A stretch of DNA of 64,000 bases from Acidobacteriota bacterium (GCA_003158745.1 PMLC01000163.1:24080-88079), one strand, 5' to 3'. Positions 46,146-55,837 are shown, numbered from the stretch's first letter. The notes: a model not told the origin generated them from the sequence alone. Made by a program: numbers and translations.

Positions 46146-46194
46146 GCGGCGCGTGGATCAGCCAGCGCAAAGAAACCACGCGGCGCGGATTTTT
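46146..46194 (+). terminator. Intrinsic terminator after the 82-aa gene
   Basis: GCGGCGCGTGG-(19 nt)-CCACGCGGCGC (11-bp stem, one mismatch) followed by GGATTTTT. Confidence 0.45.
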
Positions 46195-46281
46195 CGATCT
46201 CCGGATCGCAGACGGCCGAGTGTCTGCGCGAGGCTGCCTTTCTTTGTCCGGTGCTCTGCCGACGACCGTATTGCTGGGGTC

Positions 46282-47049
46282 TCAGGGCGCCATGGAGACC
46301 AGCACGACGGTGATGTTGTCCACTCCACCACGACGGTTGGCCTCTGCCACCATCTGGTACGCGAGGGGCGTCAGATCGCCTCCGCGTTCCAGCACCTGCT
46401 TGATCTCGTCGTCCGAGAGCATGGTGTTCAAACCATCTGAGCAGAGCAAGATGATATCGCCGGGCTCGAGCGTTCGCTCTTTGACGTCAACCACCGGATC
46501 AGCGGCACCACCGAGAGCCCGAGTCACCACGTTCTTGAGGGGGTGATTCCGCGCAGCTTCCGCGGACAGGAGACCGGCCATCACCTGTTCGTGGACCCAC
46601 GAGTGGTCGGACGTGATCAGGTCCATCAAGCCCTTGCGATAGATATACGCCCGGCTGTCCCCGACATGCGCCACTGTGAGCTGCTGTCGCTCTCGGTCCA
46701 CCAGCGCGGCCACGATCGTGGCGCCCATGCCCCGCAGGCCGTTGTCCCCTTCGACAGCTCCGGTCACGCGCCTGTGGGCCGCCAGTATCGCCTGCACCAG
46801 CCGGTTGCCGTTGACCGAGATGTGAGCGTCCCACTCTTCGGGCCACGTGTCGTCGTGGAACCCGCGCGTGGATTCCATGACGCGTTCCACTTCCTTCACG
46901 GCAAGGTCTGCAGCCACCTCGCCGGCTGCGTGCCCACCCATGCCGTCGCAGACGACGTACAGGGTCAGGTCGTCCCTCACGAGGAACTGATCCTCGTTGT
47001 GGTGTCGGCGCAAACCCCTGTCCGTCAGCCCACGTGATTTGAGATTCAC
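46282..47049 (-). CDS. PP2C-family Ser/Thr protein phosphatase
   Basis: TDRGLRRHHNEDQ, VCDGMGGHAAGE, LLCSDGL, DNITVVLV. Confidence 0.85.
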   Translation of the reverse strand: MNLKSRGLTDRGLRRHHNEDQFLVRDDLTLYVVCDGMGGHAAGEVAADLAVKEVERVMESTRGFHDDTWPEEWDAHISVNGNRLVQAILAAHRRVTGAVEGDNGLRGMGATIVAALVDRERQQLTVAHVGDSRAYIYRKGLMDLITSDHSWVHEQVMAGLLSAEAARNHPLKNVVTRALGGAADPVVDVKERTLEPGDIILLCSDGLNTMLSDDEIKQVLERGGDLTPLAYQMVAEANRRGGVDNITVVLVSMAP

Positions 47050-47079
47050 GGCGTTGTCTTCTCCTCGCCAGCTACCATC

Positions 47080-47715
47080 CTACACGCTACCCCCACCATC
47101 TACCGCCTTCCGCATCTGGTCTAGCCAGAGTTCGATATCGGGATCGCCCGGTGATAACTGTGCCGCCTGCTGGGCGAACCTCGTTGCGCGAGCAACCATC
47201 TTCGCGCGGGCAAAGAGCCTCGATGCGTCCATCAGGATCTTCACGTCGTTCGGCTCCAGCTTGACCGCCTGGTCGATGTGGCGCAGGGCCTCCTCGAGCC
47301 CTCCGGCCTGCCTTGCGAGGAACATCCCAAACAGGTGGTGCGCTCTCGGGCTATCCGGATCGTGAGAGACAGCCTGCGCGAAGTACTCCCGAGCTTCGAG
47401 GGCCTGACCGGCGTTCGCCAGCCCGACCGCTTTCGCGAGGAAAGCCTTGGCCACCTCGCGCGGTTTGGCTCGCTGCTGAGTCGGCTTGTTGGATGCGACG
47501 GTCTGGTCGTAGCGGGCCCGCTGGCTTGAGTCAGAGAGCACGTTGTAGGCCTCGGTAATTGCCTGGAACTCCTTCTCGGCGGCAGCGCGGGCCAGCCCCT
47601 GGAAACGGTCCGGATGGCGATCACGGGCCAGACGCCGGAAAGCGGCCCGGATCTGGTCCTCCGATGCCAACGGTTCCACTTCAAGTATCTCGTAAAACGT
47701 CCGCCCGTCCCCCAT
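47080..47715 (-). CDS. J-domain protein with C-terminal TPR repeats
   Basis: FYEILEV...IRAAFRRLARDRHPDR (HPD motif), followed by TPR-like helices. GGAGG RBS. Confidence 0.8.
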   Translation of the reverse strand: MGDGRTFYEILEVEPLASEDQIRAAFRRLARDRHPDRFQGLARAAAEKEFQAITEAYNVLSDSSQRARYDQTVASNKPTQQRAKPREVAKAFLAKAVGLANAGQALEAREYFAQAVSHDPDSPRAHHLFGMFLARQAGGLEEALRHIDQAVKLEPNDVKILMDASRLFARAKMVARATRFAQQAAQLSPGDPDIELWLDQMRKAVDGGGSV

Positions 47716-47757
47716 CTCAGTGCCTCCGAGTTTCGGCCGCCGCCTCGCCCGGCCGTT

Positions 47758-48837
47758 TCATCTGCGGTGCTCCAGCGTATCCCGCGCAATCCTCCGCACC
47801 GCCTCAGAGATATTGCGGTCGCGGCCCATGATAACGAGGTCACGCTGCGATAGTCGTCGAATCAATTGTAACGCAATGCCGGGAGGCGTCTTTGGGTTGA
47901 ACGCAAGGCTCCGCAGAACAGGGTAACGCCGCAACCACCGGGGCCGCGAGCCGATCATCCTCAGCGCCTCCTCGTTGGTGCTGCGCATCCCCGCGATGTG
48001 CTCGACTTCGGTTTCGTTGAGCTTGGGGCTCAGCATCACAGCTCTCACGACCAGAGGGCTGCTGTCACGAACCAGAATGAGACGCTCCTCCCGTGAGCCG
48101 CGAAGCGCCTGCATGACGCGTTGGCCAGTTGTCATGAAGGCGAGACGCGAGTACGCGTCATGAATCTCCTCAGGGGCTCCTGGCTCGGGCTCGGTGGCTC
48201 GCTGCGGCTCGACCTCGCCCCCCGGGAGGCGCATCCCAAGCGCCCTGAGCTCGGCGAGGGCCTCCTCGATCGAGGGACTCGCCGGAAGTTCGAAGGCGGG
48301 ACCTTCAGCCGCCGCCCAGACGATCGCCTTCTCGAGAAACTCCTGCTCGAACTCGCGGACGCGACGCAACAAGTCCTGACTGACCTGGGGGTTTGCCCGA
48401 AGATCCTCCAGTAGCTCTAAGCACGCAAGGACTCGAACCTGGTTCGTGATGATGACGTCCTGGACCCTGGGCGGCGCGACCCTCGCTAGCCACCTCAACG
48501 TCTCGTTGGCGGTGCGTGAGTGCTGGACGACGGCGGTCCAAAGGCCCTCGTCTTGGCGACAGCGGGACAGCAGGTCGATCTCGAGAGGGTCGATGTCCGG
48601 GAGCTTCATCACCTCGAGCAGATGCTCGGGTGTGAAGGTGGCGAGAGTGGCCTGTGCCGTGTCGGCGATCTCGGCCTCTCCATCCGCCGCCAGGATGAGG
48701 ACCACGCGGATCAGTTCCTCACGGCTGACCGGGAGCAGGCCCTGGGCTGCGAACAACCTCAGGGCCCGCGGCGCCATGCCCTGACGGATTCGGGCCAGCA
48801 GCTCTGCGACGTTCGAGATACCCCCTGAGGCTTCCAT
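47758..48837 (-). CDS. Helical-repeat hypothetical protein (paralogous C-terminal module shared with 49640..50380)
   Basis: ORF trimmed to ATG 48835-48837, overlapping the rodZ stop (TAATG). HEAT-like repeats. C-terminus ...LAFNPKTPPGIALQLIRRL... Confidence 0.6.
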   Translation of the reverse strand: MEASGGISNVAELLARIRQGMAPRALRLFAAQGLLPVSREELIRVVLILAADGEAEIADTAQATLATFTPEHLLEVMKLPDIDPLEIDLLSRCRQDEGLWTAVVQHSRTANETLRWLARVAPPRVQDVIITNQVRVLACLELLEDLRANPQVSQDLLRRVREFEQEFLEKAIVWAAAEGPAFELPASPSIEEALAELRALGMRLPGGEVEPQRATEPEPGAPEEIHDAYSRLAFMTTGQRVMQALRGSREERLILVRDSSPLVVRAVMLSPKLNETEVEHIAGMRSTNEEALRMIGSRPRWLRRYPVLRSLAFNPKTPPGIALQLIRRLSQRDLVIMGRDRNISEAVRRIARDTLEHRR

Positions 48838-49643
48838 TACCGTTGAACCGGCGCCGAAGAGGCGCCCATGAGGTGGATGTGCGCGACCTCGCCCGGCCGT
48901 CCCGCCGGGCTCTGCGTTTGTCCAAGGTACTCGAGGGAGACTGCCCCGGCATCGCCTAGAACCAGGTCGACGTCCTTCCCGCCGGCGCTCACTTCCCAGA
49001 CAGAGCCAGCGGTCAGCAGTCTCGATGTCGGGCCCTCGCCGGCAACGCGGATCTCGACCCAACACGATGCCTTGCCGGTCCGGATCAGCAAGACCTCGGG
49101 CCGACTCGCCGCCTGATGTGCGGCGGCCACTGCCGGCACCGTCGGAGGCGCCGGGACCGGAGCCTGTGGGGACAGGGTCAATACGGATGCCAGCGGCGCG
49201 GGCCGCTGGTCCCTCTGCCTATTCTCGACGACGAGCACGCCGACGACCGCAGCCGCCACCAGAAAGACGCCGACGATCCACGGTCCAGTGCGACGCTTCC
49301 TGATAGGGGCGGCCGGTCGCACGACAAACGACTGGCTCGATTCTGCGGATTTCCGCCATGCCACATCGAAAGCCTGAAACCACCTATCGGGTGCAGCGCC
49401 GATGAAGTCGAGGTACTGGCGAAGGAACATCTTCGCGAAGACCAGGTTGGGGAGCTTGCCGAAGTCGCCTCTCTCCAACGCCGCGAGCATTCGAGTCGAG
49501 ATCTTCGTCCGGTCCGAAATGGCTTCGACCGTTGCGCCCGCTTCTTCCCTGGCCGCCTTCAGCGCCTCACCGAAGTCTCGCGCCGTTATCTTGGTGAGAG
49601 AGACCATTCGCAGGCAGTTTAAGCCTTGTGCTGTGGACTTCAA
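48837..49643 (-). CDS. rodZ: RodZ-like cytoskeleton protein (HTH, TM, C-terminal DUF4115-like)
   Basis: FGEALKAAREEAGATVEAISDRTKISTRMLAALERGDF, central TM segment WIVGVFLVAAAVVGVLVV, C-terminal beta domain. Start is either TTG 49643 (TTGA overlap with the upstream stop) or ATG 49607. Confidence 0.75.
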   Translation of the reverse strand: MKSTAQGLNCLRMVSLTKITARDFGEALKAAREEAGATVEAISDRTKISTRMLAALERGDFGKLPNLVFAKMFLRQYLDFIGAAPDRWFQAFDVAWRKSAESSQSFVVRPAAPIRKRRTGPWIVGVFLVAAAVVGVLVVENRQRDQRPAPLASVLTLSPQAPVPAPPTVPAVAAAHQAASRPEVLLIRTGKASCWVEIRVAGEGPTSRLLTAGSVWEVSAGGKDVDLVLGDAGAVSLEYLGQTQSPAGRPGEVAHIHLMGASSAPVQR

Positions 49644-50380
49644 GAGGGGGCATGGCCGGCAGGCATGCCCTCGCGAACGCCACGGCGACGCGCGAGGCGC
49701 ATGGCTGCCGTCCGCAGGGGCAGCGGCACCTCGGTGGAAGACGCGAGCCCGGAGAGCTCGGCCAGCGGCAACGCCGGCAACAGGCCCAGAGCGACGCCCA
49801 GGGGCAAAGTGCGCGTTCGAACCGCTGCTCGTACGATCTCAAGGTGTCTGGCCCAGCCAGGATGCCGTAGGAGGACCATGAGGCAGTTGGGGTTCCGGTT
49901 CGAGATCAGGAGGCAAAGCGCCTCCGACTCCGTGAAGAGCGGGTTGTTGAGGAGAGCCTCGACGCACCTCGGTTCCTCGTTCGCGACCATAACGCGGATA
50001 ACACCTCGCGGAGCGACGCGGGCCAGCGCGGTCCGCTCACCCAGCGTCAACGTTGCGATCCGTTCGATCAGTTTGCGCTCGCAGTGGGCGCGAACCGCAG
50101 GCGCTGTTCTGGGGTCGCGGGCAACCTCGACGAGGTCATGCCAACCTAGGCGAGTCAGCGCCTCCCAGGCAAAGTGCCTCGGGCAACGGGAGTGCTTGAC
50201 GAGCAGTTTGAGGAGCCTCGGAGAGCCCAGAATCCAGCTGCATCGGGCCAGTCTCTCGACGAGATCGCCCGGGCAGCTTGAACGACGGAGGACGCCCGCC
50301 AGCGCTCCCTCCGCGGGCTTGCCCCCGGCATCGAGGAGCTCGAGCAGCTGCACAACCTCGGTACCGTGCATGGAGTCCAC
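49640..50380 (-). CDS. Helical-repeat hypothetical protein (paralog of the C-terminal module of 47758..48837)
   Basis: Start set to GTG 50378-50380 because TACCAT (50392-50387) ends 6 nt upstream. The ORF is open to 50398. Confidence 0.55.
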   Translation of the reverse strand: MDSMHGTEVVQLLELLDAGGKPAEGALAGVLRRSSCPGDLVERLARCSWILGSPRLLKLLVKHSRCPRHFAWEALTRLGWHDLVEVARDPRTAPAVRAHCERKLIERIATLTLGERTALARVAPRGVIRVMVANEEPRCVEALLNNPLFTESEALCLLISNRNPNCLMVLLRHPGWARHLEIVRAAVRTRTLPLGVALGLLPALPLAELSGLASSTEVPLPLRTAAMRLARRRGVREGMPAGHAPS

Positions 50381-50420
50381 GTCCGAATGGTAACGCACGG
50401 AGCTTTGCTAGACTTACTTC

Positions 50421-51719
50421 ATGTTTCAGCCATGGCCGCAGGCCGAGAACACCAACTCCGAGCGAGTCGATCTCCCCTGCGGTCACGGTAGGTCGATGCG
50501 ATCAGACCTGGCCTCGCGATGGCGGAACTCGCCTGCGAAAGCGGCGTTGGCTGCGGTCGCCTTGCTGGCTTGGGCGTGCCAGGACGCAGGCGAGTCGAGG
50601 GCACACCTTGTGGTAGGCACCTTCTGGGGCGGGCAGGCCTCCCAGGCTCTGCAGCGCGAGCTGATCCGGATTTCGCGGGACCTCGGGCCGGTGAGCATCG
50701 AGGTGAGAACGTTCGGCATGGCGGCGCTCAACGACTACCTCTCTCGACCTCAGCCACTCGCGGGTCGGGAATCGCTGGACCTGGCGATCGTTCCTCACCA
50801 CTGGCTGGGTCAGCTCGCCCAACGCGAGGTCATCGGAGAGCTGCCGTCCGAGCGAGCGCAGTTCCTGAGACAGAAGCTCGTCGGGCAGGCCCTGCTCGCC
50901 GTCAGCGACGGCGAGCGCGTGTTCGGATATCCGATCAGCGCCGAGGTGCTCGCCCTCGTGTACGACCCGACGATCTTTCCCTACCCGCCGCGAACGATCG
51001 ATGAGATCCTCTCAACCCGTTTCCAGGAAGGCGTTTTGCCATTAGCCCTTGACATCTCCAGCCCTCAGGCCCTTGCCCCTCTCGTCGGCTCTTTACAGGG
51101 AGGATTGATCGACGCGGACGGCAGCCTCGTCTGGCGCCCGAAGGCTGTCGTGGAGACCCTCGAGCGGCTTCGGGCCGCCTGGGGCAGCTCGGACGGCTGG
51201 CGCGCTTTCCGGGGGAGCGACCTCGAGTCGCTGCAGGTTCAGCTCTACTCGTCCGGAAAGCTCGCGAGCTTTGTAGCCGGACCATGGCTTCTCCAAGCGC
51301 TCGAGGAGGCGGGCCGGCCCTTCGCGGTGATGCCGATTCCCGGCTTCTCGGGCGCTCCAGGCCGGGCCAGGGCTCTCGTCGGGTACCAGTGCGTCGTCAT
51401 CTCCCGCGAATCGCGATGGGGCGACCTGGCGCTCGAGGTTGGCGCCCAGCTCCTGCAGGAGGATTCCAGCGACAGAATCAACCGGGCCACGCGGCGCTTG
51501 CCCGTGCTGTTGAGTGCCTACGAGTCCAAACAGGGGCTGACCTCCGCGGGCAGCTTCGGGTTCCTGCGCGCCCTTGAGCAGGGGCAGTTCGTCCCCGGAA
51601 CTCCCCACTGGACCGAAGAGTTGCAGAAAGCCGAGCAGCAACTCGAGGGTTTCGCGAGCCACGCCCAGCCACCCAAGCTCACGCGCGACGCGTTCCTGTC
51701 CAACGGTGACCGCCCATGA
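50421..51719 (+). CDS. Extracellular solute-binding protein (family 1, MalE-like), probable lipoprotein
   Basis: AALAAVALLAWAC lipobox-like segment. SBP-like fold length. TAGACT (50409-50414) ends 6 nt before ATG 50421. ATG 50496 is the alternative. Confidence 0.7.
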   Translation: MFQPWPQAENTNSERVDLPCGHGRSMRSDLASRWRNSPAKAALAAVALLAWACQDAGESRAHLVVGTFWGGQASQALQRELIRISRDLGPVSIEVRTFGMAALNDYLSRPQPLAGRESLDLAIVPHHWLGQLAQREVIGELPSERAQFLRQKLVGQALLAVSDGERVFGYPISAEVLALVYDPTIFPYPPRTIDEILSTRFQEGVLPLALDISSPQALAPLVGSLQGGLIDADGSLVWRPKAVVETLERLRAAWGSSDGWRAFRGSDLESLQVQLYSSGKLASFVAGPWLLQALEEAGRPFAVMPIPGFSGAPGRARALVGYQCVVISRESRWGDLALEVGAQLLQEDSSDRINRATRRLPVLLSAYESKQGLTSAGSFGFLRALEQGQFVPGTPHWTEELQKAEQQLEGFASHAQPPKLTRDAFLSNGDRP

Positions 51720-53422
51720 AGTTGCGATGGCAGTTCGTCTGGTCACACCTGATCTCGATCCTCGCGGCCGTCCTCGTGATTGGCGCAGTTCACCTGTTCC
51801 TGCTCCTTCGAAGCACCAGGGTCCTGGAGAAACAGAGCTTGGAGTCGAGCCTGTCTACGGTGAGTCATCTGCTGCTGCAGAAGATCGCTCAGCTGGAGAG
51901 TGATCGCGACGCCTTGGCCGATTTCGCATCCGGTACCCGCCTCGATGGAGGCATGGAGACGATGGGACGCCTCCACGACCTCCTTGCTCTCTACCGTGTC
52001 GAGAGGGTGGAGGTCTTCAACGGGCTGCGACGCGAGGTGGAGGCGTTTCGATGGGAACGCGGGATAGGCCGCGGCCTCGAGACACCCTGGTTTCCGCCCA
52101 ACCCCAGCATCGCCGCCAGGATCGCAGGGGGAGGCACGGCTTCCTGGGTCCAACGCGGCGCCTCAGGGCAGTTCTCCTTGAAGCTGTGCACACTGTTGGC
52201 GAGGGCATCTCCCGATGAGCGGCGTTGGCTGGTAGTCACCGAGCCATTGGACGGAACGCTCCTGGCGGCGATCCTGCCTACCGGAACGGTCGGCGCGATC
52301 GAAGCGGGAAAACAGACTCTGGCGACGTGGCCGGTGGCTTCCAGTTCTTCCAAAGGAAGCCTTGCTGAACTCGCGGCCTACCTGCCGCGAGGCACGTTCT
52401 CGTCGCTTTTCGAGCCCCTTGTCGCGCGACGACCGACAGTGCGGTTCGATGATGGCACCGTCCTGAGCGTGGCTCTGATGACCTCAGCAATCCGGAGCGG
52501 CCAGAGCCTGGTCGTGGGCCTACAAGCATGGTTCCTGGTGCTCGCCGGAGGAACCCTGCTTGCTTTCACGCTCGGTAGCAGCCTTGCATCCCGGCTCATG
52601 GCGCCACTCTCGGCTCTCCTCGACGGCACCGCCGCCATGGCCCGCGGCCACCTCATGGTCCGGCTGCCGGAGAACCGTCACGACGAACTCGGGTCGTTGA
52701 CCCGCGAGTTCAATCGGATGGCGGATGAGATCCGCAACACGTACTTGGCGGCGATCTCAACGCTGGCCGAGGTTGTGGAAGCCAAGTCGCGCTACACGCG
52801 AGAGCACGTCGAGCGCGTGGAACGCCTCGTGATCGCAACCGCCGACGTGCTGGAACGCCGGGGTTGGGTCCGATTCTCGAGTCACCAGCGTTTCCTCCTA
52901 TCCGTGGCCGCGATCCTCCATGATGTCGGGAAGATCGCAATCGGGAAGGAGATCCTCAACAAGTCCGGGCCGTTGGATTCAACCGAACGTGAGGAGATCC
53001 TCACCCACCCCGAGGTGGGCGCCCTCATCGTCGAGCGGATGGGAAAGCTCGAACGGGCTGCCGAGATCATCAGGTGCGCTCACGAGCACTTCGACGGCTC
53101 GGGCTACCCTCGCGGCCTTCGGGGCGAGGAGATTCCCCTGGAGTCGCGGATCATCCTTGCAGTCGATGCGTTCGATGCGATGACGATGAACCGACCCTAC
53201 TCCAGCGGCCGTCCTCAGGAGGAGGCGATGGCCGAGCTTCGGGCCGAGGCCGGCCGGCAGTTCGACCCGGTTGCCGTGGAGGCTCTCATCGAGGTGTTGT
53301 CGACGGTGGAAAGAACCAAGTCAGCCATCTCCCACGACAGCGGGCTGTACCGTGCCGTCCACCCGGGCCAGGACGCACGCTCGAGCCGCAGGGTCATGCC
53401 CCCTCGGGACATCCGAGAATAG
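51716..53422 (+). CDS. Membrane sensor with HAMP and HD-GYP domains (c-di-GMP phosphodiesterase-like)
   Basis: N-terminal TM, ~260-aa extracytoplasmic region, second TM, HAMP (...LTREFNRMADEI). HD-GYP: AAILHDVGKIAI ... HEHFDGSGYPRGL. ATGA overlap with the SBP gene. Confidence 0.8.
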   Translation: MKLRWQFVWSHLISILAAVLVIGAVHLFLLLRSTRVLEKQSLESSLSTVSHLLLQKIAQLESDRDALADFASGTRLDGGMETMGRLHDLLALYRVERVEVFNGLRREVEAFRWERGIGRGLETPWFPPNPSIAARIAGGGTASWVQRGASGQFSLKLCTLLARASPDERRWLVVTEPLDGTLLAAILPTGTVGAIEAGKQTLATWPVASSSSKGSLAELAAYLPRGTFSSLFEPLVARRPTVRFDDGTVLSVALMTSAIRSGQSLVVGLQAWFLVLAGGTLLAFTLGSSLASRLMAPLSALLDGTAAMARGHLMVRLPENRHDELGSLTREFNRMADEIRNTYLAAISTLAEVVEAKSRYTREHVERVERLVIATADVLERRGWVRFSSHQRFLLSVAAILHDVGKIAIGKEILNKSGPLDSTEREEILTHPEVGALIVERMGKLERAAEIIRCAHEHFDGSGYPRGLRGEEIPLESRIILAVDAFDAMTMNRPYSSGRPQEEAMAELRAEAGRQFDPVAVEALIEVLSTVERTKSAISHDSGLYRAVHPGQDARSSRRVMPPRDIRE

Positions 53423-54749
53423 AAAGCAGTCGCCGCTTTCCCTCTCCCAGAAGCTCGGACGTCCGGGCTTCCATGACCAGGCGCAGGAGCGGTTCGGTGT
53501 TCGACGGGCGCACATTGAACCACCAGTCGCGATACTCCACCGTGATCCCGTCGGTGTAATCGATCTTCCCATCGCTGAAGAGGTCGGCCAGCCGTCGGAT
53601 CATCCCTTCCTTATCGTCGACGTGGAAGTTGATCTCCCCGGTTCCCGAGTAACGGCGGAACGGCGCGAGCAATGAACTGAGCGAGCGGTCGGATTGCCGG
53701 ACCTCGTTCAGGACTTCGATGGCGGTTATCAGCGAGGAGTCCGCGAAGAAGTTCTCTCGGTAGTAGAAGTGACCGGCCAGTTCGCCTCCGAACGGGCTGC
53801 CGATGCGGCGCATGGTCGCCTTCATGAACGAGTGCCCAACTCTCTCCCTCACCGGACTTCCCCCTGCAGCCAGGATCGCCTCGCGAGTGGCCCACGATGA
53901 CCTGATGTCGTAGACGATCGGCGCCCCCGGGAAGCGCGCCAGAATCGGAGCGGCGAGCAGCGCGGTGATCATGTCGGCCCCAACGGCCTGTGCCTTCTCG
54001 TCGACGAAGATCGCGCGGTCTGCATCCCCATCGAAGGCGATCCCGAGCGCGCAGCCCTCGTCGCGCACGGCGCGCTGGAGGTCGCGGAGGTTCTCCTGCT
54101 TGAGCGGGTTTGCTTCGTGGTTGGGGAAGTTCCCATCGAGGCCAAAGAAGAGCGGAACGAGTTCGATGTTGAGCTCTTCGAGCAAGCCCCGATAGAGGGT
54201 GGCCATCCCGTTTGCGACGTCGACGGCGACTTTCAACCGCGGCTCCAGTAGCCGGACAAAGCGGAGAACGTGGTCCCTATAGGCAGACCCGATGTCGCAC
54301 TGTTCGAGGTGACCCGGTTGCGGCAAGGGTGTGACAGGCGAGTCGTGCACGAATGCCTCGATCCGGTCGATCCCCGTCTCGCTGCTCACCGGCACCGCGT
54401 CTCGACGAGAGAACTTGAACCCGTTGTACCTGGCGGGGTTGTGGCTGGCCGTAACCTGGATCCCGCCGGAGGTCCCAAGATAACCGATCGCAAAGTAGTT
54501 CATGGGAGTTGTGGCGAGGCCGATGTCCACGACTCCGAGCCCCGCAGCCAGCAGCCCGTCACTGAGGGCCTGCATCAAAGGCGTCGACGAGGCCCTCATA
54601 TCACGGCTCACCACCACGCGCCCGCCGCCCGCAAGGTCGTGTTCTTCAAGGATGGATCGGAAATGAAAACCAATGGCCTTGGCGATCGTCTCATTGACCT
54701 CACCCGGGTAGACCCCTCGAACGTCGTACGCCTTGAAAATGCCGCTCAT
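53394..54749 (-). CDS. Phosphomannomutase/phosphoglucomutase
   Basis: ORF trimmed to ATG 54747-54749 (GGAGGGAAGCG upstream). FKAYDVRG, TASHNPARYNGFKF, GIAFDGDADR. Confidence 0.9.
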   Translation of the reverse strand: MSGIFKAYDVRGVYPGEVNETIAKAIGFHFRSILEEHDLAGGGRVVVSRDMRASSTPLMQALSDGLLAAGLGVVDIGLATTPMNYFAIGYLGTSGGIQVTASHNPARYNGFKFSRRDAVPVSSETGIDRIEAFVHDSPVTPLPQPGHLEQCDIGSAYRDHVLRFVRLLEPRLKVAVDVANGMATLYRGLLEELNIELVPLFFGLDGNFPNHEANPLKQENLRDLQRAVRDEGCALGIAFDGDADRAIFVDEKAQAVGADMITALLAAPILARFPGAPIVYDIRSSWATREAILAAGGSPVRERVGHSFMKATMRRIGSPFGGELAGHFYYRENFFADSSLITAIEVLNEVRQSDRSLSSLLAPFRRYSGTGEINFHVDDKEGMIRRLADLFSDGKIDYTDGITVEYRDWWFNVRPSNTEPLLRLVMEARTSELLGEGKRRLLSILGCPEGA

Positions 54750-54840
54750 CGCTTCCCTCCAACGACGCACAATAGACTAGGTCGGCGCCCGCGGCCACCT
54801 CAATGCCAAGGCGACCCCTCCGCGGCGCTAAACTACGTCG

Positions 54841-55719
54841 ATGCTGGGGAAGTCTTCGAGTCCCGAGTGGGCCTGGTGCGAAGGTCGCCTGGTGGCGTTC
54901 TCCGATGCTCGTGTGCCTATCGAGGACCGTGGGTTCCAGTTCGGCGAGAGCCTGTACGAGGTGATCGCGGTCGTGGGCGGGGAGCCGTTCCGCCTTCCCG
55001 ACCATGTCGATCGGATGGTCGCCGGTGCCCGCGAGTTGGGGCTTGAGGCCGGCGTCCCCGACCTCTCGAAGTGGAAGACGATCATTGCCCAGCTCTACCG
55101 CCGCGAGCCCCACCGGACTGCGATCCTATACGCGCAGTTGACCGGGGGTCCCGCTCCGCGCCGTCACCTGCCGCCCGAGCGCCCCAGGCCGTTCTTCGCA
55201 GCCTATCTGCGCCAGTACACGTTCCCGATGCCGACCGAGATCGCACGCGGGATCGCTGCCATCACGTTCCCCGACACCCGCTGGCAGCGCCGGGACCTCA
55301 AGACCACGATGCTCCTTCCGACGGTGCTGGCGAAGAAGGCGGCGGCGGCGCAAGCGGCCGAGGAGGCGATCCTCGTGGGCCAGGACGGCTTTCTCAACGA
55401 GGGCGCATCCAGTACCGTCTTTGCCGTCGAAAACCGCGTGGTCACCACACCGCCGACGACGCAGCGCGTCTTGCACGGTGTCAGCACAAAGGCGGTCCAG
55501 GCGATCTGCAGCCAGATCGGGGTCCCGTTCGCCTTCCGCCCTCTGACGTTGAGCGACCTCCACCGTTCGGGCGAGATCTTCATTGCCTCGACAACGGTTC
55601 TCCTGATGCCGGTCGTCCGCCTCGACGGCAGCACCGTCGGGAGCGGGACGCCAGGCAGTACCAGTTTGCAACTCGCCTACCACTTCCAGTGTCAGTTCTG
55701 GGGGCAGCCCGGGCCGTGA
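54841..55719 (+). CDS. dat: Class IV aminotransferase, D-amino-acid aminotransferase-like
   Basis: IEDRGFQFGESLYEVIAVVGGEPFRLPDHVDRM closely parallels Bacillus Dat (EDRGYQFGDGVYEV...HIDR). TAAACT ends 6 nt upstream of the ATG. Confidence 0.75.
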   Translation: MLGKSSSPEWAWCEGRLVAFSDARVPIEDRGFQFGESLYEVIAVVGGEPFRLPDHVDRMVAGARELGLEAGVPDLSKWKTIIAQLYRREPHRTAILYAQLTGGPAPRRHLPPERPRPFFAAYLRQYTFPMPTEIARGIAAITFPDTRWQRRDLKTTMLLPTVLAKKAAAAQAAEEAILVGQDGFLNEGASSTVFAVENRVVTTPPTTQRVLHGVSTKAVQAICSQIGVPFAFRPLTLSDLHRSGEIFIASTTVLLMPVVRLDGSTVGSGTPGSTSLQLAYHFQCQFWGQPGP

Positions 55720-55837
55720 TGAGAGGAGCCTGTCCGAGTAAAGGGGCGAGCATCGCCTTCGTCGCGGCGCCTTGCATCTAGCCCTGCAGCGCTCGTAAGG
55801 CGACCCCACCCGATTGGCTTGGACGGGCTCTTATGCG

